Notes: generated by a model not told the origin, from the sequence alone. A stretch of 64,000 nt of DNA from Myxococcota bacterium (GCA_036339465.1 JAYZAY010000030.1:10731-74730), one strand, 5' to 3'. Positions 20,373 through 30,181 are shown, numbered from the stretch's first letter. Numbers and translations are program-made.

Positions 20373-21335
20373 ATGAAGTCTTATTTCTATCAAAATGCTC
20401 TAATTTTGAGTTTAGCTCTAACCGGCTTTGCTTGCACGGACCGAGATCGGGCAGGCAGCGCGGAGCCGGTGGTAGGCCGTGTCAATGGTGAGCCAATTCT
20501 TGCGTCTGAATTGCAGTTAATGGTTCGAAAAAGGAGAGGAGGTTTAGGTGAAGCAGCGGACCTTTCAATTCCTCCTGACGCAGAACTCAATCGAATCCTC
20601 CAATCCATGGTGGATGAACGCCTGCTTGAGCAAGCAGCTCGACAGAAACAAATCGTAGTAGGGAATTCCGAAATCGACAGAGAGATTACTCGACTAAAGC
20701 GAGGATGGGCCAATGACGATTTCGATAGCATTATGGCTGGAATCTACGGCGATGAATTGGTGTTTCGAGCTCACCAGCGGAATCGATTGGTGGTCGACAA
20801 ATACCTACGTAGGCATATCTTTTCTAGGATAGCTGTCCGAGATGGGGAGATAGAGACTCATTTAGAGCAAAATCTAAGCCGCTACCTTTCTCCGGCACGC
20901 ATTCGTGTTCGTCAAATCCTTCTTGATACCCAGGAGAAAGCATCGAGAATTCACATGGAATTACGTCGTTCAAAGAAAACCTTTGAAGACTGGGCCATCG
21001 AAGTTTCGCTGGGGCCCGAGGCAAAAAACGGTGGAGATCTGGGATTTTTTGCCCTCGGGGAGATGCCAGACGTTTTCGAGCGCTGTTTTTCCATGTGGAA
21101 GGGACAAGTGAGTGGCGTTGTCAAAAGCGATTTCGGGTTCCATATTTTTAAATTGATAGAGAAACGCCCAGCTCAAACGGAGCCGACTCAAGGTGTACGT
21201 AAACGCATTGAGATAGAACTTCGTACTGAAAAAGAACGCACGGCGTTGGGGGAGCATTTATTGAAGCTTCGGGCAAAGGCGGAAATGGAATTACCTGAGG
21301 AAGGAAGTTTATATGTGTGGTTTAAGGATTCTTAG
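20373..21335 (+). CDS. PpiC/parvulin-type peptidyl-prolyl isomerase, probable lipoprotein
   Basis: Lipobox-like LTGFA-C, SurA-N-like region, GGDLGFF, SDFGFHIF. Confidence 0.88.
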   Translation: MKSYFYQNALILSLALTGFACTDRDRAGSAEPVVGRVNGEPILASELQLMVRKRRGGLGEAADLSIPPDAELNRILQSMVDERLLEQAARQKQIVVGNSEIDREITRLKRGWANDDFDSIMAGIYGDELVFRAHQRNRLVVDKYLRRHIFSRIAVRDGEIETHLEQNLSRYLSPARIRVRQILLDTQEKASRIHMELRRSKKTFEDWAIEVSLGPEAKNGGDLGFFALGEMPDVFERCFSMWKGQVSGVVKSDFGFHIFKLIEKRPAQTEPTQGVRKRIEIELRTEKERTALGEHLLKLRAKAEMELPEEGSLYVWFKDS

Positions 21336-22302
21336 GACTGGATTTTTCACCGCTATCACGCTTCTTGTGGGCAGTGGTGTGGGTTTTGCAGGGGAGGTCA
21401 TTGATCGTGTGGTTGCTGTTATTGAAGATCACATGATTACCTTGAGAGAGCTTGAAGCAAAAGCCGGGCCCTACTTCAATGAATTGAGTAAGGAACTGAC
21501 GCCGGCCGCTCGGGCAGCTCAGGAAAAAGTCATTTTGTCGAAGATTCTCGATATTGAAATCGGTGAAAAAATCGTCGACGCTGAATTGAAGAAATCACGT
21601 GAACGGCTCCGCGTGGGAGAGGAGGATATAGACCGAGCGGTTCAGGAAATCATGCGGATGAACAATCTAGATCGTGAACAATTACAAGCAGCGTTGTATG
21701 GCCAGGGGATGACTTGGGCCGAATATCGCAAAAAGTTACGACTTCAAATTGAACGTAGTCGACTCATCCAGGCCAATGTTTCCGGCAACGTAGAGGTTAA
21801 AGCCCAAGAGGTGCGCCAAACTTGCTTGGACTCACAAAAAACGATTGTGAAAGAACCCCTTGTTTGTGCTGCCCATATTTTGCTTAGAGTTCCAGACAAG
21901 GATTCAGCTCAATTAGTGAAAGAGACCCACGCTCGTGCCTTGGCTCTTCAGTCAGAACTGCGTTCTGGAGCAGATTTTTCAGCGTACGCACTCAAATATT
22001 CTGATGATAAAAGCACGCCGGATGGTGATTTAGGATGCTTTGGTAAAGGGGAGATGGTGGGAGAATTTGAGTTGGTGGCTTTGAGTACGTCGGTGGGAGA
22101 GATTTCCGAGGTTGTGAAAACCATGTTTGGTTTCCACATTATTAAGGTTCGCGACAGGAAGATACCACAAGGCTCTAATTGTATTTCTGAAGCGGAACTG
22201 GCCCCTTACAAAAATAAGCTACAACAAAAGAAATTTGAAGAAGAAATGGGACGCTGGGTGAAGAAGCTTCGGAATAAATTGTATGTAGAAGTTCGATTAT
22301 AG
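21313..22302 (+). CDS. surA: SurA-like chaperone/PPIase
   Basis: IDRVVAVI N-domain, HILL, YSDD..GDLG.F, FGFHIIK. Confidence 0.8.
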   Translation: MCGLRILRTGFFTAITLLVGSGVGFAGEVIDRVVAVIEDHMITLRELEAKAGPYFNELSKELTPAARAAQEKVILSKILDIEIGEKIVDAELKKSRERLRVGEEDIDRAVQEIMRMNNLDREQLQAALYGQGMTWAEYRKKLRLQIERSRLIQANVSGNVEVKAQEVRQTCLDSQKTIVKEPLVCAAHILLRVPDKDSAQLVKETHARALALQSELRSGADFSAYALKYSDDKSTPDGDLGCFGKGEMVGEFELVALSTSVGEISEVVKTMFGFHIIKVRDRKIPQGSNCISEAELAPYKNKLQQKKFEEEMGRWVKKLRNKLYVEVRL

Positions 22303-22342
22303 CTCTTTTCTTCTCTCTTTTTCGGGGAGTGTTTGTCAGCTC

Positions 22343-22640
22343 ATGGCATTCATCTCATTCGAAGGAATTGATATGTGGAAGAAAAACCATCTTGGTCAGG
22401 TCGATTTCCAAAAGATTCGTCACAAAATATAGCATGTGAAATCCCGCACTGATTTCGGGTAGCATTCTATGCTTTGCGTGGGGAGTATCTGGAGATTCGC
22501 ATGAGGTTTTCGGGCAACGAGTCTATGGCCTTAAGCATTGGTTTTCTTGAGGCAATGGTTACTGATGTAAGCTGACTTATACCCTATCCAGCCAGTCTAG
22601 GACCCTCTAAAACAGCGACCCTTGCAGTCATTGGATTTTA
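22343..22640 (+). pseudogene. Degraded thymidylate kinase (tmk)-like remnant
   Basis: ATG 22343 gives MAFISFEGID; after one stray base (22373) the next frame reads CGRKTILVRSISKRF, i.e. a frameshifted FxxFEGIDGxGKT P-loop. Downstream similarity is faint and the end is approximate. Confidence 0.5.
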
Positions 22641-23169
22641 GGCAGGGTAATTCTAAGCCCTTGGTAACCAGCAGTGGGGAACGAACCCTGGCTGACACGT
22701 TGTCTGAAAAAGTAGCTTAGCGATGTCGGCGGCGGGATTGCTCCTACAGGCTCTGGAGGTGGCGATGGCCGAATAGAGTCCTGCAATATTCTTACCCCAA
22801 TGCTTTAAAGGATAGCCTCAGAGTTTCTTCAGGACTTTTGGGTTTAGGCAAAAAAGAGGTGAGCTAAACGGGCAATATCGTGCGTTCACAGTTTGTGAAT
22901 TTAATCGGCGTGATTTTTTTGTTTGCCATGATGAGCTTCGGGGATACGTCGTTTAATGGAGATTGCACAGCTTGTGGGCTTGGCGTCTTCTTTGCTCGTT
23001 GTTCCCATGCGGGCACTTCTCAATCGTTGGGAACCCGGGAGAAATGTTTTTTCGTTGAAACTCATGAACCGGCTGGATAAAGCAGTTTTCCATAAAAACC
23101 TCCCTTCGAGCATTCGAGGGGGTAAGAACGATGTCAAGTGTTTCTGGTGATCATTCGGAGAAGTGAAAC

Positions 23170-23688
23170 ATGAAAAAAAAGTCAAAAAGACTGACTCATC
23201 TAAGAGCCAGCGGCGAAGTCTCCATGGTTGATATCGCACATAAATCAAATACTGAACGAATGGCAATTGCGGAAGCAATCATTAAGTTGAAGAGTACAAC
23301 GCTACAAATGATTCAAAATAATACAATTGCAAAAGGGAGTGTATTAAGTACGGCAAGGATTGCTGGTATTATGGGGGCCAAGCATACGGGACAACTGATT
23401 CCCCTCTGTCACCCCATCAACTTGTCTCATGTTGGAATTCTATTTGAATTTTTACCCAGCGGCATTCGAATTTTGGCGAGGGCTTCAACGGTAGGGCCAA
23501 CAGGAGTTGAAATGGAAGCAATGGCCGCAGTTTCGGTGGCAGCTTTGACCATCTACGATATGGTAAAAGGGGTGGAGCGCGGGGCTTCGATCTCAACCGC
23601 GAGGCTATTGGAAAAATCGGGTGGTAAATCGGGAAGGTGGTTTCGTCGAGGTGTTAAGTGGGACTCTGCCGATTTTGAAAGTCCTTGA
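23170..23688 (+). CDS. moaC: Cyclic pyranopterin monophosphate synthase MoaC
   Basis: LTH..MVDI, LIPLCHP, TGVEMEA, LTIYDMVK, KSGGKSG. Confidence 0.97.
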   Translation: MKKKSKRLTHLRASGEVSMVDIAHKSNTERMAIAEAIIKLKSTTLQMIQNNTIAKGSVLSTARIAGIMGAKHTGQLIPLCHPINLSHVGILFEFLPSGIRILARASTVGPTGVEMEAMAAVSVAALTIYDMVKGVERGASISTARLLEKSGGKSGRWFRRGVKWDSADFESP

Positions 23689-24460
23689 TTGCCTTGATGA
23701 GTCCATTGATGGATGGTTCTCGGGCAACGGCAGAAACAGTATAGCCGAGTCTTTTTGCTTCTTTCGAAGTCGTATCGCCGATACACGCAAGTTTTTGGGC
23801 GCTTAGTTTTAGGTTCCATTGGTCAAGAGCTCGAATTGCCGAGGGGCTCCAAAGAAGAATCCATGTTGATCGCTTAAGTGTCTCGGTATCTTTTGGTTTC
23901 GGGAGCGGAGCAGGGCGATAGAGCGGAAACGAAAAGACTTTTGCTTCTTGTTTTGCCAGTCTGGTAGGCAAATGCTTTCGAGCTTCGGTGGAGGAAGGGA
24001 AGAGAAAGATTTTGTTTCTGAGTTGTCCTTTGAAAAAACCGACGATATGTTCACCGAGTGCGCAGGCGTTGGCACTGTCTGAAATTGAAATCGGCAGGTT
24101 GAATTTTCTGCAGTGTTCTGCGATTTTCTTGGACGGGAATGTAAAAATAGTCGGTTTCGAATCCAATAAAGCCTTTATCTTTGTCTTTCGATTTAAGGCA
24201 TTTTCAAAGAATTGCGCAGCTCGAAAACTCGAAAAAATAATCCCGTCTAAATTGGAGGATGAGGCCTGAATTTTCTCTATCGCTGACATGTCTGGCTCTT
24301 TAATTCCTGTGAATTCGATAACGGGTTGGGAGATGATGGTTGCATGTGTTTGCTCAAGTAGGTGATCGTCGTGACCCGTTGGGCTGGGTGGACGAGTATT
24401 CCAAATAATTTCCGTACTTAGCTCAGGGATGGGATTGATTTTAACCATTGACCTATTCAT
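23654..24460 (-). CDS. hemD: Uroporphyrinogen-III synthase (divergent, standalone)
   Basis: NTRP, IFSS, WSPSAI, CIGDTT, P...GL pattern; near hemA; converges on moaC with a 35-nt overlap. Confidence 0.8.
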   Translation of the reverse strand: MNRSMVKINPIPELSTEIIWNTRPPSPTGHDDHLLEQTHATIISQPVIEFTGIKEPDMSAIEKIQASSSNLDGIIFSSFRAAQFFENALNRKTKIKALLDSKPTIFTFPSKKIAEHCRKFNLPISISDSANACALGEHIVGFFKGQLRNKIFLFPSSTEARKHLPTRLAKQEAKVFSFPLYRPAPLPKPKDTETLKRSTWILLWSPSAIRALDQWNLKLSAQKLACIGDTTSKEAKRLGYTVSAVAREPSINGLIKAIKDFQNRQSPT

Positions 24461-24508
24461 ATAAGCTATGAATGCTGAGCGACAGTATTACCAACAAAGG
24501 ACCCAGCG

Positions 24509-25501
24509 ATGTTACCACTTTTTTTTGTTGGCTTGGTATTGGCCGCAACACCAACAGCGTCAGACTGGCCGGATTACCTAAAACAATATCGTTATGATTG
24601 CCCTGGCCCCCTCGATGCAACGATGAAGCCCAGAAAGCTTACGATTGCAAAGAGAGTGTATACCCATCAAGGCTATAAGTTAGTTCTTGACGACAAGCAG
24701 GCGGGTAAAGGTGCAAAGGTAGGCGTGATCAGCGCGAGCAAAGAGATGGTGGCTTCAACCTTAGAGAATATTAAAGCAGCTCTTGCCTGGTTTAAGAAAG
24801 AGCAAGTTCATTGGATTATTGTGAATGGAGACATGACGACTGACGCTTTCGATATTGAAACGCTTTTTGGGCTCTTGGGCGATACCGAGGTGGGAGTCCT
24901 TGTAAATATGGGAAATGGTGATAGTTTTGGGGTATGGAATCGAATTTTCCGAAGAAAATCTGGCCAATATCCGAACGTGATAAATGCTTCTTATATTCGA
25001 CATATTGTTGCCGATGGCGTCGAGTTTTGGATCCTACCTGGTTACTACGACAAACGATTCCTGCATCAAACAGGTGCATGTCGGTACAATAAGAAAGATG
25101 TCCGAGAGATGAAAGTGAAACTCCGAAAAGCCGGAGATAAGCCCACGGTGTTGGTTTCACACGGTCCTCCGCGTGGTTATGGTAGGGAGGCAATTGATTG
25201 GATTTCTGAGGGAGAGAATATTGGAGATATTGCTATTAACAAATTGCTCCAAAAACACGATATTAAATTTGGCCTTTTTAGTCATATTCTCGAGGCAGGG
25301 GGCAAGGCGGTTGGCAGTGATTTTAAGACAGCCGTTGGAGAAAGAAAAGGCGTTCAGAGCCTGTATGTCAACACAGGTTCAATCTCCGGTGATCCATGGC
25401 CTATGAATTCAGGGAAAACATCCTATGGAATGGCAGCAATTGTCGAATACAAGAATGAAAATTCGAAATTTTGGCTGAAAAGGTTTCCATCTAGACATTA
25501 A
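24509..25501 (+). CDS. Secreted calcineurin-like metallophosphoesterase family protein
   Basis: Signal peptide; VNGD, MGNGD, VSHGPP, FSHILE, VNTGS motifs. Confidence 0.72.
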   Translation: MLPLFFVGLVLAATPTASDWPDYLKQYRYDCPGPLDATMKPRKLTIAKRVYTHQGYKLVLDDKQAGKGAKVGVISASKEMVASTLENIKAALAWFKKEQVHWIIVNGDMTTDAFDIETLFGLLGDTEVGVLVNMGNGDSFGVWNRIFRRKSGQYPNVINASYIRHIVADGVEFWILPGYYDKRFLHQTGACRYNKKDVREMKVKLRKAGDKPTVLVSHGPPRGYGREAIDWISEGENIGDIAINKLLQKHDIKFGLFSHILEAGGKAVGSDFKTAVGERKGVQSLYVNTGSISGDPWPMNSGKTSYGMAAIVEYKNENSKFWLKRFPSRH

Positions 25502-25581
25502 GAGTGTGCAAAAATGAAACATCGTTTGTTGTACGATACACTTCCATGGGGGGCACCTGTTGAAATAGCACGGTTTATTGC

Positions 25582-25597
25582 TGGCATGTTTTTTGAA
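25582..25597 (+). promoter_or_regulatory. Candidate sigma54 (-24/-12) promoter TGGCATGTTTTTTGAA
   Basis: GG-N10-GA spacing (consensus GG-N10-GC), about 40 nt upstream of an RBS-preceded small ORF. Confidence 0.35.
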
Positions 25598-25635
25598 CAC
25601 TAAATTGTCTAATTTAGTTTTATAGGAGATACCCA

Positions 25636-25851
25636 GTGAAAACGACTCAGCCAAAACCAGTATTTACAATTATTGAAGCCCCAAATCTTGAGAAAGATAT
25701 TTTCCGTAGAATAGGGACAGCCTTCGTAAACCGAGATGAAAGCATTACGGTTCTCCTGGATGCGCTGCCACTCGGAGGAAAATTGCATATTAGAGAGCCA
25801 CTTCCTGAACTAACGGTAAGTCGTGAAAGCGGGGACAACCTCCCCACGTAG
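25636..25851 (+). CDS. Small conserved hypothetical protein (RIGTAFVNRD..TVLLDALP motif)
   Basis: AGGAGA RBS before the GTG start; beta-strand pattern resembling a small myxobacterial protein family (recalled, not searched). Confidence 0.75.
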   Translation: MKTTQPKPVFTIIEAPNLEKDIFRRIGTAFVNRDESITVLLDALPLGGKLHIREPLPELTVSRESGDNLPT

Positions 25852-25946
25852 AAAAATAGCTTATTTTGCGAACTCTTAGGTTGTTTGGGGTTAACACAGG
25901 ATAAAAGAGTTGACCGCGTTATTAAACCAAGCGTAAGAGCTTAGCT

Positions 25947-26780
25947 ATGAGTATTTTGGTGGACTTCATGCCCATTGTACTGCCCATGCTCTATGGGCTG
26001 GTGAGCGTTAACTATTTGGTCTATTTCTTTCGGGCTGACCCTTTTGCGGAGCGGACAGCGACGCCTTCTTTGGTGGTGGTAGGCTTTCTTCATGCCCTTT
26101 TTCTCTTGAGTCGAGCGGTATTGTATCAACGGCATCCAGTCGGAACTTTACCTGAGGCTACCTCTGTCGTCGCGTTTACCGTTGTGCTTGTCTACCTTTA
26201 CCTTGAGCAGGTTCAGAGAACCAAAACCACGGGTGTTTTTATTATTCCGTTGGTAGTGCTTTTACACATTGGCGCCTCGGTTTTTTTCCCCCATAGCGAC
26301 TCTGAATCAGCAGCGACTGCTTTTATCAATAATCCGGTTTTCGGGTTTCATGCTGTTTTATCGGTTTGTGGTTACTCGGCTTTTGCGCTTGGGGCAGTTT
26401 ATGGTGTGATGTTCCTACTCCTCTATCGAAATCTTAAAAGGAAGAAATTTGGCCTTGTTTTTGAGCGATTCCCCTCTTTGGATATTTTATCCCGCATGGT
26501 CGTTGGGTCGTCGATTTTTGGTTGGTTTTTCCTTACCGGAACAATCTTTCTGGGTGTTGTGATGTCTCTGGAGAAGTTTCCCGATTTCTATAAAGATCTG
26601 AAGTTCATGACCACCGTCATTGTTTGGGTTGTCTATGGCTTAAGCATAGGGAGTTACTATCTGTTGAATTGGCGTGGGGCACGGGCAGTGTACTTGTCGC
26701 TTATTGGGTTTGCTTTTGCTGTATTTACTGCTCTTGGCTCGGTTTTTTGGTGGTCATCGTTCCACGCGTTCTTAGTATGA
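25947..26780 (+). CDS. ccsA: Cytochrome c assembly protein CcsA/HemX-like membrane protein
   Basis: About 8 TM helices, conserved His residues, FPSLDIL, DLKF..T..W..Y, WRG; directly upstream of hemA. Confidence 0.8.
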   Translation: MSILVDFMPIVLPMLYGLVSVNYLVYFFRADPFAERTATPSLVVVGFLHALFLLSRAVLYQRHPVGTLPEATSVVAFTVVLVYLYLEQVQRTKTTGVFIIPLVVLLHIGASVFFPHSDSESAATAFINNPVFGFHAVLSVCGYSAFALGAVYGVMFLLLYRNLKRKKFGLVFERFPSLDILSRMVVGSSIFGWFFLTGTIFLGVVMSLEKFPDFYKDLKFMTTVIVWVVYGLSIGSYYLLNWRGARAVYLSLIGFAFAVFTALGSVFWWSSFHAFLV

Positions 26781-26793
26781 GGTACGGTGATTC

Positions 26794-28077
26794 ATGGTGT
26801 TAACAAATCCAGAAAATTTCCAGGCCATAGGAATCAGTGTTCAGAATGCTCCTATCGCGACATTGGAGTCGATTGCCTTGGCCTCCGAAGAGGTGCGGAA
26901 AGTTCACCAAGTTTTACGGTCTAATTCTAGAGTATCTGGTGCCGTTGTTTTATCAACCTGTAATCGTACCGAGCTCTATATAGAGGGTGACAGCCGTGGG
27001 TCTTTAAGCCTCTTAGGCTATGAAGCACTCCAAAACGTCGTTGGTTACCGCGGCGCGCATCTTCGCGAGAATAAGTTCTACCATTATCAAGGAAGGGATG
27101 GTTGTCGGCACCTGTTAAAGGTGGCTTGTGGATTGGATTCGATGATGCTTGGGGAAACTCAAATATTAGGACAGCTCAAGCAAGCCTTCGAAATTTCAAG
27201 AGAGTTCTGGAAGCCGAGGACTTTGGATAAAGTGTTTGAGGGAGCGCTGCGGGTGGCTGCTAAAAGTCGTAGTGATACCAAAATTGGCTTGGGTGCTGTA
27301 TCTGTGGCAAGTGTGGCTGTTCACTTAGCATCCCGGGTATTTTCTGACATTGAAGAGCAGCGGATTTTGGTTGTGGGAGCCGGGGAAACCGGCAAACTTG
27401 TTGCTCAGCATTTTGCGAAACGTGGGCCGAAGACTCTGAAAGTACTGAACCGTACCATTCATCGTGCTGAAGCTGTAGCGAATGTCTGTGGAGCGAAATT
27501 TGGCGGACTCGAAGAGATCGTCTCGAGTCTTCAGGAGGCTGATGTCGCTGTTTTCGCCCTTAGTAGTCCGAGTCCAGTCTTAAGCCGAAAAGATTTTCAC
27601 GATTTATTGGCGATGCGGGCCGGGCGCCCCCTTCTGTTGATTGATTTGGGGATACCTCGTAATTTGGGGTCGGGTCCGGAGAGTTTTCTGAATGTATTTG
27701 TACACAATATTGAAGATTTACGTCACGTGGTCGACGCGAACTACAAGGAGCGAAAGAAGGCAATTCCTCAGGTTGAAGATTTGATTGAAATCGAGCTCAA
27801 CCACCTTGAACGGATGGGGCGAGCGATTTCGGCAGGGCCAGCAATTCGGGCTTTAAGGACCTCCATTGAACGCACCGGGCAAGCGGAATTAATGCGCTAC
27901 CGCGAGGAACTCTCAGCAAAGGAACTAGAAACCGTGGAGCGGATTATCAAATCCATAAGCAATAAACTACTTCATGGTCCCTCCATGGCTCTAAAAGACT
28001 ACGCGGAGAAGACGAATGAGGCCACGGACGTCTTGGAAGCCATCCGAGTTATGTTTGAGGACACAGAAGACAGGTAA
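26794..28077 (+). CDS. hemA: Glutamyl-tRNA reductase
   Basis: STCNRTE catalytic Cys, GLDSMMLGETQILGQ, GAGE, DLGIPRN, NKLLHGP. Confidence 0.96.
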   Translation: MVLTNPENFQAIGISVQNAPIATLESIALASEEVRKVHQVLRSNSRVSGAVVLSTCNRTELYIEGDSRGSLSLLGYEALQNVVGYRGAHLRENKFYHYQGRDGCRHLLKVACGLDSMMLGETQILGQLKQAFEISREFWKPRTLDKVFEGALRVAAKSRSDTKIGLGAVSVASVAVHLASRVFSDIEEQRILVVGAGETGKLVAQHFAKRGPKTLKVLNRTIHRAEAVANVCGAKFGGLEEIVSSLQEADVAVFALSSPSPVLSRKDFHDLLAMRAGRPLLLIDLGIPRNLGSGPESFLNVFVHNIEDLRHVVDANYKERKKAIPQVEDLIEIELNHLERMGRAISAGPAIRALRTSIERTGQAELMRYREELSAKELETVERIIKSISNKLLHGPSMALKDYAEKTNEATDVLEAIRVMFEDTEDR

Positions 28078-28276
28078 GACTGATCCCATTGACGATATAA
28101 TGAATTGAAGGGATCGCTGCCCGGCTTGACGGCAATGTTTGCGCTTTTTATAAGCCCTCCCCAACTGGCAGTTTATCATCTGCAGTCACGGGATTGCCCG
28201 GTGTTAACATCAGTGACATAGTGACTGGCAAATGGGTAAATAGTGGTGCTAGATAGAGTAGCGATGAGGTTATTGA

Positions 28277-29170
28277 GTGTCGTTTATAAGTGATTCGACC
28301 GTCCAGCCAGGGCGGTTCATTGGGCTGGCCAAGGATTATGCGGCCTTAGCCAAACCGCGATTATCTTCGTTGGTGTTTTTTACTGCACTAAGTGGCTTGG
28401 TGATTGCCCCTGGAGAAACTCTTGGGGGTGTTGACTCAATTGTGTTTCTTTTTGCGACTGCCCTTATCATCGGGGCAGCAAATGCCATTAATTGTTATAT
28501 TGAACGAGACCAAGATGCCTTAATGGAAAGGACTGAAATGCGGCCACTGGCTACTGGTCGTGTTCAGCCAGAAATTGCTTTGGCCGTTTGGAGCGCTTTG
28601 GGGTGCTTAGCGGCCCTTCTCTTGGTGTTATCTACGAACCTTTTGACGATGCTTTTGGGCGTCCTCGCTTTGGTGCTTTACACTGGGGTTTATACGCCCC
28701 TAAAATACGTTTCGCCATTGGCCCTCTATATTGGAGCGATACCCGGGGCGATTCCACCGCTCATGGGGTGCACGGCTGTCACCAATAGTTTGAATTCGGA
28801 AGGACTGATTCTCTTTGCTCTTATGCTGGTATGGCAGATACCGCATTTTCTCGCGATCTCTGTTTATCTCAAAAAGGATTACGAAAAAGCAGGGGTTAAG
28901 ATGTATGCCTCCAAGTATGAATTTTCCAGAATCCAAAACTGGATAATTTTGACATCAATTTTGGTCGGTCTTGTTTCGCTCTTGCCCGTGCTCTTCGGGA
29001 TGACTTCATGGTTCTACGCCCTTTTTGCTCTCGTAGCAGGTACCTGGTTGGTGGTTCGAGCGATGGAAAAGAAGGAAAGTGATCCGGCAAGATGGAGTCG
29101 GCGCTACTTTCTTGCGACGGTCATCTATATTCCGCTAGTCTTTGGAGCATTGGTAGTGGGGGTGTATTAG
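28277..29170 (+). CDS. cyoE: Protoheme IX farnesyltransferase (heme o synthase)
   Basis: KPRL, NCYIERDQDALMERTEMRPL, YTPLK, GAIPGAIPPLMG, WQIPHF, DY..AG. Confidence 0.95.
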   Translation: MSFISDSTVQPGRFIGLAKDYAALAKPRLSSLVFFTALSGLVIAPGETLGGVDSIVFLFATALIIGAANAINCYIERDQDALMERTEMRPLATGRVQPEIALAVWSALGCLAALLLVLSTNLLTMLLGVLALVLYTGVYTPLKYVSPLALYIGAIPGAIPPLMGCTAVTNSLNSEGLILFALMLVWQIPHFLAISVYLKKDYEKAGVKMYASKYEFSRIQNWIILTSILVGLVSLLPVLFGMTSWFYALFALVAGTWLVVRAMEKKESDPARWSRRYFLATVIYIPLVFGALVVGVY

Positions 29171-29172
29171 AC

Positions 29173-30174
29173 TTGTACTTGGAACGTGAGAAAAACGATG
29201 CGAATCTTTCCCGCCCGGTATTGATAACGGAGGCGGAAGGCCCTCCCTCGAAGCTCGCAATCAGAGGCCTTTCTTTAACGCGAAATGGACGCGTCATTCT
29301 CGACGACATTTTTCTTGAGGTTGGAACTGGTGAGACCCTTGGAGTTCTTGGCGCTGCGGGTTCTGGTAAGAGTACGCTCGTTCACTGCGTTACAGGGTTG
29401 TGTAAAGCGGATATGGGTACTCTTTGGCTAGAGGGGAGCCCGAAGTCTCCCAGTGATTTTTTGTTTCGCTCCAAAGCAGGTGTTGTTTATCAGGATTCGA
29501 GTCTAGAGCCAACGCTTACTGCCTTTGATAATTTGGTTTTTGGGGGACAACTATTTGGTTTAGGGCGAAGTGAAGTTAGAAAACGCGCGGATGAATTGTT
29601 GGGATTCATGGATTTACGGGAGCAGAGAAATCTAAGGGTAGAAAACCTATCATTATCTATGCAGCGTCGTTTAGAAATTGCACGAACTCTAATCCATTCA
29701 CCGGAAATTCTTGTTTTGGACGAACCAACGGTGGGCTTAGAAAGCGGCGATTTTGATAAAATTTGGCAGCTTCTAGGCTACCTTCAGGAGCAAGAAAACC
29801 TAAGTATTTTGGTGACAACGGATTGGGCGGCGGAGGCGGCTAAGTGCCATCGCTTGGTGATTTTTGATCGAGGGCATGTTGTTTGTATCGAAGAGCCCAG
29901 TTCCTTAATGGACAATGTCAGTGGTGAAGTTCTCAGCATAAAAACAAGGCAGCCGAGTTTTCTGAAGACATACCTGGAAGAAGCCACTGGTATGTATCCT
30001 CAGATTATTGATGGAGCGGTCGAATTACAAATCGAGAATGCTCACCAATGGCTCGAAAGAGTTGTCGACTTCTTGCCCGATGGCAGCTTTGATTCTCTAC
30101 TGGTTCGCAAAGCGAATTTGGCCGATGCATTTCTGAATTTAACGGGACGTGGACTTAATTACAGGGGAAGTTAA
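29173..30174 (+). CDS. ABC-2 type ATP-binding protein with degenerate signature and switch motifs
   Basis: Walker A GAAGSGKST, Q-loop VYQ, Walker B ILVLDEP; signature LSLSM and switch TTDW are atypical. Start uncertain (TTG 29173; ORF open from 29092). Confidence 0.85.
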   Translation: MYLEREKNDANLSRPVLITEAEGPPSKLAIRGLSLTRNGRVILDDIFLEVGTGETLGVLGAAGSGKSTLVHCVTGLCKADMGTLWLEGSPKSPSDFLFRSKAGVVYQDSSLEPTLTAFDNLVFGGQLFGLGRSEVRKRADELLGFMDLREQRNLRVENLSLSMQRRLEIARTLIHSPEILVLDEPTVGLESGDFDKIWQLLGYLQEQENLSILVTTDWAAEAAKCHRLVIFDRGHVVCIEEPSSLMDNVSGEVLSIKTRQPSFLKTYLEEATGMYPQIIDGAVELQIENAHQWLERVVDFLPDGSFDSLLVRKANLADAFLNLTGRGLNYRGS

Positions 30175-30181
30175 GGGATTT

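Noticed and set aside
22303..23169. pdxA or a Moco riboswitch upstream of moaC
   Set aside because: No GDPAGIGPE-type motif and no recognisable riboswitch structure.
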